Numbered from the stretch's first letter, positions 12,102 to 25,805 are shown. The stretch: 64,000 nt of DNA from Entomortierella parvispora E1425 (GCA_020891255.1 BQFW01000003.1:186001-250000), one strand, 5' to 3'. Notes: a model not told the origin generated them from the letters alone. A program made the numbers and translations.

Positions 12102-14172
12102 TTAATGATCGAGAATGTGGAGGTTGCCAGAGACAACCTTGTTCTCGAGGATACTGCCTGAAGGAATATCGATATGGGATCCAGCATTCGCAACAATAAT
12201 CACAGTGCCCTTCAGGACCACATCCGATCCAAACGAAACATCTCCGGTGACTGTCAAGTGGTCCAGCTCCAAGATATGAGGGGGGTTCTTGAAACGCGCC
12301 AAAAAGTTGTTGACCTTCTTGAAGTGATCACCCAGCTTGACTAAAGGAACAGTGTTGAACATGCGCTTGGGGTTTACTGACAGCTCTCCGTGGGTCAGCG
12401 AGTACAGATCCGAGGTCACAAGGAACAAGTCCGAGGTCGACTTGACAGGCAAGAAACGGGCTCGGGGCACATTCACGCCGTGAGCGTTGTGGAAGTGCTT
12501 GATACCGGCACCAACCGCCGTCTCCAGCTGGATAACCTTTTCGCCAGAGTCCGTCGTCTTGTTGTTGACAATCACCTCCAAGCTGAGTTCACGGTCTTCG
12601 ACCACACGCTTGATTGCCTTCAAGTTGACCCACAAGTTGTTGGTGTTGAAAATCTTGAATTTCTTGATACTCTTGAAATCCTCAACGTGCTCCGAGGGAA
12701 CCTGAGCAATTTCGAGCAGACGGATCGAACCCTCATAGTCAATGAGCGTACCACCCTTGATATCAGCACGAGTCTTGTCCGTGACCTCCATCAAAAACTC
12801 GGCGCCCGACTCGACCATGTGGTTCAAGATGCCTTCGTCCACGGTAGCTCCCAGGTTGTCCACGTTGGAAACAAAGACATACTCCTTTCCATCCGCAATG
12901 AGTTGATCCAAGAGTCCAGAGTTATGGAGAGAGTCGAACAAGTCTCCGTGTCCAGGGGGGTACCAGTCAGCAATGTCGCCGTTGGGGTTGCGAGGCGTGG
13001 GGAGGAGGGAATCCTTGTTGATGCGAGGATATCTGGACTGGTTGAAAGTCAAAATTTCAATGTTGTGGGTGGCGTACTTTTGGACAATACGCTTGGTCTC
13101 ATCATCCGTGTTGAACGAGTTCATGAGGATGAAGGGAACGTTCACGTTCTTGGCCTTGTTCAAAAACTAGACATATCAGGCAAAGTATGCAAAAATGAGC
13201 ATTAGAAATGGTTGGATTGGTGGCGAATCATGAGCACGTGCTGGGAGTTAGACCCGCAACTGGCCAAAAAAGTCATACCTCGATCTGACGAACAGAAAGG
13301 TCCAGGAAGGTCATGCCGTCGCGAACCTCGATGGCACTCTTGGGTCCGACACATCCCATGGTGGTTCCGAGGCCTCCGTTGAGCTTGAGCACAGCGAGTT
13401 TGTTGAGATGGGGGCTGTTCTCGACCTTGGGGATGTGGTCGTAGGGCACGACCTGGTCCTCTGGGGGGGATTTGACCTTGTCCCAGTTGATCTTGGTTCC
13501 CTTGCTGCGCTCGGCCAGCCAGCGGTTGAAGAGCAAGAAGAAGTTGCCCATCTCGTTTTGGAAGAGCTATTGTATCGAGCCCAACAAGAAGACGTCGGGT
13601 TAGCATCTGGTGACCAACGTTTTGTGTGGATGCTGCCTGCTGCACATTCTCCTGAGATAGACCGGAAATCGTGGTTGTAGTTCATGCGCTCCGCGCTGCC
13701 TTCTACATATCAAGAGTGTGTACGCGTCCATATCTTTGTCAACAACTCCCGGGTTTGTGATGCCCATCCTGCTCCTTGTGGTCACAATGACCGAATCCCT
13801 GAAACTCCTGTCCGTGTGTGTTTAGCATGGGGCTATTGGCATGGAACATATACCTTGCGCTCCTCCTCGTCTTTAACCTGAGAGATCAATCTGTTGAGCT
13901 CTGTACGCATGGCGTTGGCAGCAGCAGCACCGCTTGCGCCTTGAAAGTCCTGTTGACAACAATGCACATAAAAGAGTTTGCGATCAGATACTTTGCTTTG
14001 CAATATTCACAAACGCGGAAAACAACGAATCTTCAAAATGAAAGTCAATATCTTGGATAAAGGTCATGGAGATAGAGAGTCAAGGGCTTACCAAAGTGGA
14101 CAGAGTGTGAGGATGGTGAGGCTGCTCGCCAGCGGCATGACCATGGGCATTCTGCTTCAGGGATGCGGACAT
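12102..14172 (-). CDS. UGP1: UTP-glucose-1-phosphate uridylyltransferase (UDP-glucose pyrophosphorylase), 509 aa
   Basis: complement(join(12102..13166,13279..13566,13854..13949,14092..14172)), all phase-0 GT-AG introns. Motifs [53 protein letters not shown]. Confidence 0.97.
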
Positions 14173-15704
14173 TGTGGGATTGTGGGAAAAAAAAGAAAAT
14201 CTACAAGGGGGTGGGGAAAGGAATGTAGAGCACAAGTGAATAAATGTATGAATGAATGAGGCGGGAGAGCAAACAGGAAAAGAGGAAAAGAGGGAGGGTG
14301 GAGATGTAATGAGGAAGAGGAGAGAGAAGAAGAAAGAAAGGAGCAATGGAGTCAAGAGAAAAGAAGACGACACGTTTTATAGAAAGGACAGAACCGGTCT
14401 TTTGTGCTCCGAGGCCACGGTGCGGGTGCGGTGATCGACGTGATCCTGCTCTTTGTCCTGCTCTCTTTCTTTCTCCGTTCTTCTTTCCTCCCTCTCTCTT
14501 TCCTTCTTTCCTTGCATCTTTCCTTCTCCTTGTCTGTGCTGTGCGTCTGCCTCCGTCATGATCGTCATGGCTGGGCGCCAGTGGCAGTCTTGTCTCTGCT
14601 TATGAACGCGCTTTGGACATTCATATCCGCCACAGCAGTCGCAGCAGGGAAACAAGTCAGTGAGCAACCCATGCCATGGCGGTCTCTTTGCTTTTGCAAA
14701 AATAGAACCTCGAGCAACATGGGAGCCAAGTCCAAAAGGAGCAAAGTCCTCTCTGTCTTCTGGCAGGCTCTCTGCGGGGACTTTGCGAGTGGCGCTGTGG
14801 CGGTCCCTGGATCACGTGAGGAATCACGCTGTGCATGTCTTTTGTCCTGCATTACGTTCCTTCGCTTCATCCAATAATACCCTTTCAACCACACATCACA
14901 TCACATCACATCATGGTACAGTCCGACTCGGAAACAGCACATGGATGAAGACTTCCTGACCGACAATGCCACGGTGCCTCTGCTTGGAAGAACATCACCT
15001 CTGAGGAACATCAGGATACTGACACGCTGTGTTTTTTCTGTTCATTTGCCTGACAGTCGGCCCTTTTCAACTTTCAAAGTCTGCTCCTGGTCATCCTCCT
15101 GGTCATTTGCACCTGCACCTACGTTCAGTCACAGACTCGCCTGCTTGACCGCAACAAGACTGGGTATGCCCTCAGGATTCAAATGAAACAGCAGCATGAT
15201 GGAACCTGTTGGCCTGTCCCCTTTTTGCATTCACTAAATGGAACTCTCCTTTTTTCTCTTTAGCGTTCTTGGAATTTTCTGGAAGGCTGCAAGGATAGGT
15301 ACGGGACCATGGACATAGACATGCCATTTTGATTGAGCAGATAGAATGCGGTTTTTACCACTGGAGAAGGTGGATAAACCCCAAATCCTTAATGTCGTAG
15401 ATAGACTAACCATCGAAGCACCGTTTTCCTTGTATGATCTGCACTGAATAGGCGAGCGTCTCAGCCCATACGTGTCGCTGGCATGTATCTTCATGGGTGT
15501 CAGCCTGCTCCTCCCAGAAAAAGCAAAGTTGGGCAAATAAACAACCGTAGACACCTTGCACCTTGACTCTGCCACGTTTCCAACGATTTGGCGGCAAATC
15601 ACATCACGTGATGCTTGATCCGCCCAAAACATGTTGGCCCATGCATGCATCTTCATTTCGTTTCCTTGTTCCACACTTGCCTTCTGCTTTCACATCATCC
15701 CGCC

Positions 15705-17568
15705 ATGTCCTTTGCAGTCCCCCAAGTGCCGGTCAGGAAGGCTGCTGCCAGCAGCACTACTGGGGAAGAAAAGAGCACATCGCCTGAATCTATCGCGGAT
15801 TCAAAACCGAGCACAAACGGATCGTTCGCCATGCCAGCCATCCCAACAAAAAAGACGACCGTGGCACCTCCTCCCCCACCTCTCTTTCCCAAAACAACCA
15901 CGGCCCCATCAGAAAGCAAGCCTGACTCGAAAGGTTAGCGCAAAGGAGAAACTGGAAATGGCTTATCGTGTTGGACAAAGAAACATGCTGACACATTTCA
16001 ATTTATTTCTGACAATAACTCTCATCAGGAGAGCCTACGCCCATGGGCCCTCCCGCAAGCAGACCAGTAACTACTCTTCCAAAGGAAAAGGCGCCTATCC
16101 CCAACGCCCCGCCACTAAAGTACCAAAAGCCAGCCTGGAGTGGGTTTCCAAACCAGCAATTCTTCTTTGAAGTGATCAAGAACGGGATTGTGGTCGAGAA
16201 GATTATGGTGCCTGAAAAAGAGTTCCTGGTGGTCGGCCGTTTGCCAATGTGCGATTTGGAGATGGAGCACCCAGTAAGGATATTGCGCGTATACATATGA
16301 GCTGTCAATGTGATCAAAGGCACTCATCGGTCTTTTTTTTCTTGTCAAAATAGTCCCTTTCGCGGTATCATGCCGTCATTCAATTCAAGAGTAATGGACA
16401 GTGCTTCATCTACGATCTCAACAGCAGTCATGGAACAAAACTCAACAAGTCGAAAATCCCACCTTCAATGCATGTCGCCCTCAAACCTGGAGATCAACTT
16501 CGATTTGGCGAGAGTTCCAGGATATATCTCTTCCAGACTGAAGAGGAGGTCGATCAGGAGGAAGAAGACAAAAAACTTGTCCAGGCTATGATTGAGAAGC
16601 AGAATCGCTCGATCGCTGATACTAAATCTGAGCAGGATGAGGGCTGTAACTGGTAAGACAGAAGAAAATAGTCATTTTTTTGGGACGTGCTGTCGCTCAA
16701 GAATGATACTGAAGGTAACAAACTACTGAAACTAATCGTGCATATCACTCTTATTCTTTCGCAGGGGAATGCAGGAAGACGCCGAAGAGGAAGAGGAAGA
16801 AACTGATGACGCGATCATGGATGGTTCGGTTAGGAGAGCTGTGGATCCAGATGCATACTACAGAAAGGACCCCAAGAAGGCCTTGCGACACTATCTGGAA
16901 AGCAAAGGATATGGCTACGAGTTTGAAATTGAAGAGGAAGGACCAGGACATGCTCGAGAGTACACTGCAAGGATCAGACTCCCGATCGACACAACAATGG
17001 GCCCTGTCTATGGAGAGGCCACGACGGCTAAAAAGCGCGATGCAGAACGTGAGGCTGCTTTGGATGCATGTATTAAGCTTGACTCCCGGGGCATGTTAGG
17101 AACCCAGTCTTCTAGTGAAGGTATGCATTTCATCGCATTCTGTGTGTTGATCTCTTTTAAGAATGGCGTTCGTACGTGCTAACACCTCGAGGATGTTTAT
17201 ATTACCATTATTTTATAATAGCATCATCATCACAGTCGAGAGGCAGCAAGAGATATGACCGATCTGACGACGACGACGATGACGACGACTTTTATGACCG
17301 AACAGCCAAGAAAAAGTCGATGGCCAAAAAGACGGAGCAAAAAGCAGACACGCACGAATCGTTGCTCGAGAAACTTAGGGTCCTCCAGAAGGAGATGGGA
17401 CATCTCAAGTTGCGAATCGACGAGTATGATGCTAACAAGGCCGAGCAGAAAAAGTTGGAAGAATCTGGCGATCTGGATGCTTTCATGGCCTCACTCGAAA
17501 AGTCAGGTGGAGACTCCAAGGCAAAACTCCAACAAAACTATGGAGTCATGGTGAAGGTAAAGCTGCTG

Positions 17569-17603
<35 letters not shown>

Positions 17604-17927
17604 GTCTTTGATGACTATCCAACATGAATGAACCCATAAAGCTTTTTGCTCACCCTGTCTCTCACACGTCTCTTTCTTTTTCGGTATTAGGAGGAAAAAC
17701 GACTTCAGCAGTTGATCGAGTTCACCAAACCAGTGGACTTTCTGGCCAAGATTGGCTCTGCTCCAGCACCGTCACCAGCTAATGTCAAGAGTTCAACTGC
17801 AACACAGGGACAAAATGTACAGCCGCAGCCAACAGTGACGCCAACAGCAACAGCAGCCAAAGAGTCAATAGAGAACAAGCCCAAAGGACCCCGGATTTTA
17901 GGACCCTCATTGCCTCCTCCATCCTAG
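15705..17927 (+). CDS. Kanadaptin/SLC4A1AP-like protein with FHA domain and dsRNA-binding-like domain, about 566 aa
   Basis: join(15705..15933,16029..16273,16354..16652,16765..17120,17222..17556,17691..17927), phases consistent. FHA motifs VVGRLPMCD, EHPSLSRYHAVIQF and DLNSSHGTKLN. dsRBD-like DPKKALRHYLE...KKRDAEREAALDAC and acidic DDDDFYDRT. Confidence 0.9.
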
Positions 17928-18143
17928 TTTTTGACCCTAACAGTAAATTAAAAGAAAGAAAGAAATTGAAGGTCCCCCTTGTAAAGCTATCGAAATGTGA
18001 ATTTCGAGAATCGTCCTTCGCAAGGAACACATTTTCAGATTCGTGAAGAGGCATGATGTTTATTTTATTGTTGTGAATGGAGTGCTAGTTTATAAAGATA
18101 TATAGATGGCTTGACAGCTCTTGGCAGCTGCGATCATGAGGTC

Positions 18144-20654
18144 CTACGAGCTGTTCTGGAGAGTAAACTCGTATGGGAACGACGACTCGAGCCAAGTGCA
18201 ACCCCCATAAGGGTCATTATTAATCGACATGGCACTTGTGGTGTTCAACTCCAGGATCGTGTTGGATGCATCATAGGGTGCCCATTGCACCGAGGTCACG
18301 TCGGGGTTCTCAGTCTCAAAACCGACCTGTCCCGGTTGAGGGTTTGGATTGCCCGTCTTTGCAAAAGTGGTCCAGCGGTCCACGACCTGGCGGGCGAATC
18401 TGGCATCGTCCCCAGTCTGGGAGCGGAGAGGAATCGCGGATCCACTGGCAAAGACGGTTTGGATTTCGGCAGTATGACAGACACGGCCCGTATTCATGGA
18501 GCAATAGTTCCCGGGCAGGAAGGGGGTATCCCTTCCTTTTCTGAACCTGAAGTTCCAAGTACGCTTGTGACCCGACTGTGCGATCTCCCGGGACAAGTAC
18601 CGAAGAGGGCAGAAGAAGTAATAGTCGGTTCCGAAGCGTGTGAACGTATCTCGGACTGTATCGGGGTCTGTAGGATCCAGTTTGTAGGCAGGGGAGTTCA
18701 TGATTTGGCTGGCTCGGCTTGGGGTCATGAACATGTCGTAGGTCACATTAGGCGTGGTGATGGGGATGACATTGGGGAATTCGGTCAATATAATAAAGCC
18801 CGCCTCGTCATGGTTGGTGCCCCACATGATATTGGCCTCTGTGTTGTATTGGCCAGACTTGACTAGATCTGAAAAATCGGCAGGGAGCAGCGACCCATCG
18901 GCAACAGGTCGTTGAATCATGGCATAGGTGGTCCAGATGTTCTGGCTCAAAGTCTCGTTGTCCGAGACCAATTGAGCCTCCAAGATGTCGTTCATTGACT
19001 TTGATCGAGCACAGACCAAATCTGTCGCATTGCATCCCAAAGCGGCCATGAAAAAACTGCTAGACTGACCAGCGATGGCGGGTGTGGAAAAGGGAATGTT
19101 GATGGGGTCACTCTCTCCCGCAATGTTCTTGTAAAGGCCAAAAGCACAAGGAGCCGAGAGCATGGCCCGGAGACTGGTTGCGCCAGCCGATTCGCCAAAG
19201 ACGGTGACTTGATCCGGGTCTCCGCCAAAGGCCGCAATATTCTTTTGGATCCATTTCAGGGCCAGAATCTGGTCATGGATGGCTTGGTTACCGGGAATGA
19301 AAGAACGGGACCAGTTGGAAGTGTTCTCAAAGAAACCAAGCATGCCAAGACGGTAGTTGATGGTCACTACCACCACACCTCCACGCGAGACCAGATTGCC
19401 GGGTTCAAAAATGATGACCGATCCAGAGTAACTGGTACCCCCCCCCCCAAAAAAAATATCGACATCAGCGACTGTTGAAGTTGTCTCGTGTACATGTACA
19501 AGTGAACCTCCACAACGAAAAACAGCCATCTTACCTATCAAAGGATCCTCCATGGATGTACATCATGACAGGCAGCAGCTTTTGTCCTTGACCCTTCAGA
19601 CTAGGCGTGTACACATTCAAATTCAGGCAGTCCTCTTGCTGCGTTGCTGACATCTCTAAGTAGTCCTCGATCGCCGGAAAGATTCCCAGAGACTGCGCAG
19701 TCTGAGGGCAAATATGACCATAGTCAATGGCGTTCCAGGTCGTCGTAAAGTTGGCCTTGGCCACCGGAGCGGCCCATCGCAGATCGCCCACGGGAGCTTC
19801 AGCGTAAGGGATGCCCAAGAACCGGAACGCGTTTTGGTCTCTCCAGCCTTGGATCTGACCCACAGGCGCGTTGACTTTGATTTGTCGCGACGTGTCGTCA
19901 AAGAGGAGCACGCGTCGCATCACACTGTTGTAGCACACGGTGGGTAAAAGGGTACTGCAAGAGATCCAGTCTGTGCTTCCTGTGGCTTTGTTGGCAGCCA
20001 GACAGTTGCTGAAAACGCCGGGAACAGCTTCAAGAAGAAATGTCAGAAGCAATTGAAGGGAAAGGTGTAGAAACGTCAGGGATTTACTTTCTAGGATTAT
20101 TTGTTTCACTTTCAACAAAAAAAGACACGGTCCTCACCATTGTAAACCCAGTACTGCGTGTAGGCATTGACTTCTGGTTGGGCGGCCGAGTTCTTGTTCA
20201 AAAGCGAAATGAAATCGAGACCCCCTATGGTGCCAGGAATGAATATATATCCGGCTAGATGAAAAATAAAATGCGAACGAAAAAGGTTCAACATCCAATT
20301 CTAGGAAGACGCACACGGACCTCTTGGCCCCCTTGCACATCGGCGATTGTGGCAAAAGGATAACTCTTTTTTTTTTTTACCTTCGCCCATGGTGGAGCAC
20401 GCGTTCATCCCGTCGTAATACGATCTTGGTTGCGACAACAAGATATATGACCGTTTGGTGGTCCCCGTGTCGACATCGTTATTGTTCAGCAGATGAGTTC
20501 CATTCATCTCGTCCGCGACAGGGGCCCAGGGCAACAGCAAGTCCCGCTTGCTTATCTTGGACGACTTTGGGCTGATGGGCGCGGACTCGACTGCCTGAAG
20601 AGTCAGGTACACAACCGCGGCAGCCACGGCGGTGAACAGATGGTTGAAGATCAT
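18144..20654 (-). CDS. Secreted type-B carboxylesterase (cholinesterase-like alpha/beta hydrolase) with Cys-rich N-terminal extension, 723 aa
   Basis: complement(join(18144..19431,19535..20027,20138..20254,20381..20654)). Signal peptide and KR site, FLGIPYAEAPVGDLRW, EDCLNLNVYTP, HGGS oxyanion loop, catalytic GESAG, TNHDEAG and CHTAE. Confidence 0.92.
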
Positions 20655-20821
20655 TGTTCGACTGGAATGGAGCTTAGAGGAAAGAGGGAAGGGATATCGC
20701 AACGGGTGGAGCTGACAGAAAATTGAGAAGCAGGATAGCTCTGGAGCTTGAAAGGAAGCAATTGAGGGAGGACCGAATCAATGGAGTTGGACAATGGGAC
20801 TTTGCGACATTATGGCCTCGT

Positions 20822-20829
20822 CTTTTATA
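20822..20829 (-). promoter_or_regulatory. TATA box (TATAAAAG) of the carboxylesterase gene
   Basis: About 170 nt upstream of the ATG at 20654. Confidence 0.45.
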
Positions 20830-22082
20830 GATCCTTTTCTCAGCGGCCGAGATGTCAAACGCCTAGCCCTCTTTTTTACATTTCTTTTTGTTGAAGCCCA
20901 AACAATAAGTAAAACATCAACACAAGCTGCTCGGCGTTTTTGTTGTGGAGGAAAGGGCCAGCCAGAATTTGCATGAAAGTCCGAACGACACTCGATTCTT
21001 TTCTAGCTGTAGCGAGAGGTATGGCCGGATCTACTGTGGAGAAGATGATGAAGGGTCAAGTCCAGGCAACGTGGGGTACATGTAGCCGCGCCAATAAACT
21101 GACGATCCGAAGAGACATCCCTGTTTTTGTTTTGTCACAAACATTTTCTAGCTCCCAATAGTTTCTGTTTGCCCAAACCAGCCGTTGACGCACCGGCATG
21201 CACCTAAAAAACTAGGGTGCGGGTGGCTTTAGAGAGGCCAGGTGGTCGGGGATAGGTGGAAAACCAGCGTTTTACTTTCTTCTCACCCCATCGAAAACAG
21301 TTCATCAGGGACGTTAGTCTAGTATCGTGTGCGTGTGTGTGTGTTTTTTTTTGCCACAACAGGCAAACAAAAGTTGTCGGCAAGTGAGAGAGTTGGATAC
21401 AACGCCTTCAATGGCTCTTTTTGAGGGTGCGGCGCAATGCTTTTTGAGCCCGGTGATGCTTGGATGAAAGACGCGCAACAGAAGAACCGTGCTAAGAAGC
21501 CCCCCCCCCCGCCCTCTCTCTCTCCCCCAAAGGAAAGGGTCATGCCCTCTCCCTTGACCTGCTTCCGATCATATTGGTAGCCGCCTCCTTTCTAGCCACA
21601 ACAACAACGGGAGACCTCAGCGGCAAAAACAACAACACATCAGCAACAAAACATCAGCACATCCGGGGAGAGGAGAGCTGGTCCTTGTCCTCCACAAGAA
21701 GGCTCCTCCGCAGACAGCAGCCCTGGCTGCTTAAAGTTTGGGTTGAACAATGACTTCGTGTTTGCAAAGAATTTTGCCGCTCTCTTTTTTTTTCACAGGA
21801 ATGTTGGTGGACGCGTCCGTGACACGTCGCAGCTGCAGTGCACGTGAGTTTTCCCTCCATTGCGTTCCCACGCAAAGTCCAGCGCACAACTTGCCCAGAC
21901 CGCTTTGTTTGAAATGAAGAGTGGACTTTTTATTCCCCTTTCAGTTTATCAGTCTGAACAATCAACGAATGATCCAGTCTACCGAGACAAGTGAACAATG
22001 AGGATGCGGGCAGCGGTGGTGGTGACGATCCTTCACAAGTAATCTGATTTTTTTTTATTTTGTAGTAATAAACTTGAAATAT

Positions 22083-25000
22083 CTATGCCTTTGTCTCTTC
22101 GACATAGTCTGGGTTCTTCTTCAACAACACAAAGCCCTCCAAGACGGGTGCTTGTGCCAGGTATTCTTCTGTCGACAGCTCTGCACGCTCAGAGTAAGCC
22201 AGGAGCACAGGCGTAGTATGTGTCTGGAATCCTGTAATGGTCTTGGGGCGACCTGCCTGTCCAACCACATCCACTGCCTGACCCACACGGACGGCCACGG
22301 GCTCGTTCTCCAACTCCTCGTTCAATGTGATAAGGAAGCGTGGGTACATGGCTGTCACCAAAGAGTACAGGAGGTAGTGGTGGTGTCCCAAAATCAAGGT
22401 ACGGACATCCGTGAAAGCCACCAATGTGGTCAGGAGACCGGCCAGGGCGACGGGGGACATGATTTGTCTGTCAGTGTTCAGTGGGTTGATTGTCAGTGTA
22501 CCCTTGCCCATGTGAAGAAGGCCCTATTGGTATGGAAACAAAAACAACGGATTAATATTTGATTGATGAGGGAAACTGTCCGTCGATAATGGCAGAGACC
22601 GATGTTCTCTCTTGTTACCTGTGCAATACGGACGATAAACAGACAGCTGGCATCCTTGTGATAGTACGAAGCCAAGTGACGCAACATTTGTGCGACACGG
22701 GCATTGTTCGTTCCGGCTCCAACCATACCCATGGCAAAGATAGAGTTCAGGGCAACCTCAATATCGGTGTCATGCGAGTATTTGCCCAAGGTGTCAAGGA
22801 CTGAAAGCACTGGGTTTGATGCGCAGAGCAATCCGATAGCCAGGGGAACGGCACGGCGGATAACGGGCTCACCATAGTGCATCAAATGTGTGAAGGATCG
22901 AAGGGCCATCTCTGCTCCAATATCTTCACCAAGGGCGATCAAGGCGATACCAATAACAGCGTAGGCCTGGAACTGGTCATCCTCGTCGCTGTCAGCATCG
23001 ATATGGTCGTTGCAGTAATGAAGCATACGCTGAATATGAAGGACATCGCCGGTGCCAGCGTATGCACTGATCTCGACCAACACACTAGTGCGCTTGCCAA
23101 TTGGGTGCTCAATTGCCTTCAAAGTCTCCAAGGTGACATCGCACTGGCCACGAGTGCCTATTAAGACGGTGGACATGAGTCAGATTGCAATCAAACAATA
23201 AAAAAAAAAATAAAATAAAATCGGAGGCATCCCAAACGTGCCGTCAAACTTACCCAAGTGAAGCAATCCAAGTCCAAGACCCATGAAGCGACCATAGGTC
23301 TCTCCCAACTGTCCGTCAGCACGCTCAAGCATCGTCTGCAAAATGGTGCTTGTAATCTCGCCGTCGCAAGTTCCAACGAAAATCTGACCCAAGGCCAAAG
23401 CTGCAAACGAGGAAATCTCCATGGGAACATCAGAGTTGCTGACAATCGGGAGAAGAAGCTCTGAGAGTTCCTCCTTTGCGGAGCCAGCGTACGCCAAGCC
23501 GAGACCCTGGATGGCAGCGACACGGTTGGTGAGCGACTTTGTATCTTCCAAATGCTCAGCAAGCACAGCCAACGCTGGGTCGGCCAAGTTACGGACGCCA
23601 GAGTTGAGAATACCAACAGCCAGCAAAGCTCCAGCACGAATGTTCTCGTCATCAGAGTAGATGTACTTGTCGATCTGGTTAAGACCCATATCCACATCCC
23701 AGAGCAAAATCATGCCCAAAGAGGCCGAGGCACTCATCATGCCGTGGTCCTTGTTCTTGAAAATCCAGCCGCCATCATCCTCCTCAGTCAACATAAGCTT
23801 GTCCACACCAAAGCCAGCGTTGACGAATGCGTTCACGAATGTTGAGGCCAAGTTTTGGCGAGCAGAGTCGACTTGTGCGACTCCAGTATTACGCTTGTGT
23901 TCGAGGTGTGTCTTGTAAATGTCCTCTGGTGTCTTTGGCTCCATCAAGTCGAGCTCACGGGCCAGGTTAATAAAGTGGTTGGTCAGGTGGGTGTTGTTCA
24001 AGCAGTTCTGCAAATCCTCGTCCTCGGTCTCTACAGAGATCTGCTGTCTAGAGAGCATGAAAGCGAGCTGCTTCTTCAACAGGCTACAAAAACACAACAG
24101 TGGAGTCTGGTTAGTGTCAGTTTCAGGTTTCTATCGGCTACCCTATTCCTGAGTATGGGCATGTATATCATGAAAAAACTTACGGATCCTGGCAAGAGTC
24201 AAAGACGGTTTGGATGAGGGCCTTGTCAGACATACGAATGGCGATCAACAGAGCCTCAGAGAACTTTCCATGCTTCATATAGATGTCGTGCGCAGTTCGG
24301 AGGCAGATGGCATCATCTGGCGACTCCAAATAATTTACGCAACTATAAGGCCAACAGAGCACCATTAGTTAGTATATAAGTAACCATTAGTTAACATATA
24401 AGTAACCATTAGTTAACATATAAGTAACCATTAGTTAACCATTAAGTATCCATCGTTTTGGTACTAAAATAAAACCTACCCTGCGATATAGAGGCAGACA
24501 CGCTTGTACGAGTTCTTATCCACAAAGTCAACGAGTTTGGGGACAATATCCAACTGGAGCAAAAGATCAACAGCATCTGCCTCGGCGTTGTGGGCCAAGA
24601 AGAATGGTGCGACCTCAAGAGCCAATTTAACAAGATCCTGAGAGTCGGCCTCCTTTTCCTGTCTCCGCTCGTACTCCTGTCCGATCTCAGTGGAAAGATG
24701 TCTATTACAACAGTCAAAACGTTTTAGTGAACAGTCCTGCCTTCAGTAAATCAGGCGAGTTTCAACACGGTCTCCCAGTGTCCCCATGACCATGCGCAGC
24801 CCATACCTAACGTATTCGTGACCCCAGGATCCAATAGCATTCTGGGAGCCCAATTGACGATACTTCAAGGTATCCAACTTGTCATCGTCGAATGTCATGG
24901 ACAAGATTGAGAGAATATCGGCAAGGAATTTCTATAGCGACATCCAAAGAGGGTGTTAGAACTCCTGGTCTGACTTGCCTCTTCCAATGCTAAAGAATGC

Positions 25001-25569
25001 AGCCTTTCTGAAAAAGTACCTTGTCGTTGTTTTCTGGCCATGATTCATGGATGGTAATCATATCGGGGTAAAGAGGACGCAAGAACTTCAATGGCTTAGG
25101 GACAGAGGTCATAGAGCTGGTCGAGGTAAGGATAAGGGTACGAAGCGTCTCCAGTGTTGGGTTGTAGAGCTTGGCATCAGATTCCTACATGTCATCGAAA
25201 AAGAAGTGAGTGACGCGTCAGAACGCGTGGACATCCCAAGGTCCAGAGAAAACGAGGTCTCCTGTAAAGAAACAATAGCCATGCACATACCTTGAGTCTC
25301 TCGATCAACATTTCCAGCTGAGTCTTGAGTTCCTGGTCCTCCTCGGACTATTATCAACGAATACAATATGCGAAAACGAAAGGTCAGCTACAAGCTGATC
25401 AGGTCCACGAAGCTGAAAGTGACTTGGGAATGTCAGAGGTCATTACCAACTCATCCTTGATGGGGGCATCCTTGAGCTCCTTGGGAGTCTTCTTCAGAGG
25501 CTTGTCCTCCTCCATGGGCGAGTTGTCTGCCGCAGGCACGGGAATGGCCACTGCCTTCTTTTCAACCAT
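22083..25569 (-). CDS. RPN1: 26S proteasome regulatory subunit Rpn1 (PSMD2), 886 aa
   Basis: complement(join(22083..22523,22619..23157,23254..24083,24184..24342,24480..24701,24807..24931,25020..25184,25291..25347,25447..25569)), phases consistent. Motifs [91 protein letters not shown]. Confidence 0.97.
24361..24445. repeat. 22-bp minisatellite (AACCATTAGTTAACATATAAGT, about 3.5-4 copies) inside RPN1 intron 5
   Basis: Directly visible, within intron 24343..24479. Confidence 0.9.
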
Positions 25570-25797
25570 GGTAAGTTAAAATGTCTTTTTGAGGTTGAGT
25601 GAGTTGAGGTTGGCTCGAATGTGAGAATGCAAGTCTGCGCGGTCTGCTTGTCCTTGGCTGGCGGTCGAGTCGAGTAGGAGCAAAAGGGATGGATGGATGG
25701 ATGGATGAAGGACAAAAGTAAGAGGTGAAGTGAGTGATGGAATCTGCACAAAGGCCGCCCTTATTGGACTCGAAGGACACACGTCCCTCCGAAATGT

Positions 25798-25805
25798 TGA
25801 CGTCA
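25798..25805. promoter_or_regulatory. Palindromic CRE/ATF-type site TGACGTCA in the divergent RPN1 / small-ORF promoter
   Basis: Perfect palindrome in a spacer of about 340 bp between divergent starts. Function not shown. Confidence 0.3.

Noticed and set aside
12390-13205. Long antisense ORFs (also 6786..7166, 18111..18866, 30498..31193 and 23855..24217)
   Set aside because: These are shadow ORFs opposite strongly codon-biased real genes and have no motifs of their own.
24361-24445. Direct repeats as a CRISPR-like array
   Set aside because: The units are contiguous with no spacers and sit in a eukaryotic intron, so this is a minisatellite.
25262-25290. Apparent 29-nt intron in RPN1 using the CAG at 25262
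   Set aside because: The TAG acceptor at 25185 gives the conserved [12 protein letters not shown] sequence and a normal 106-nt intron.
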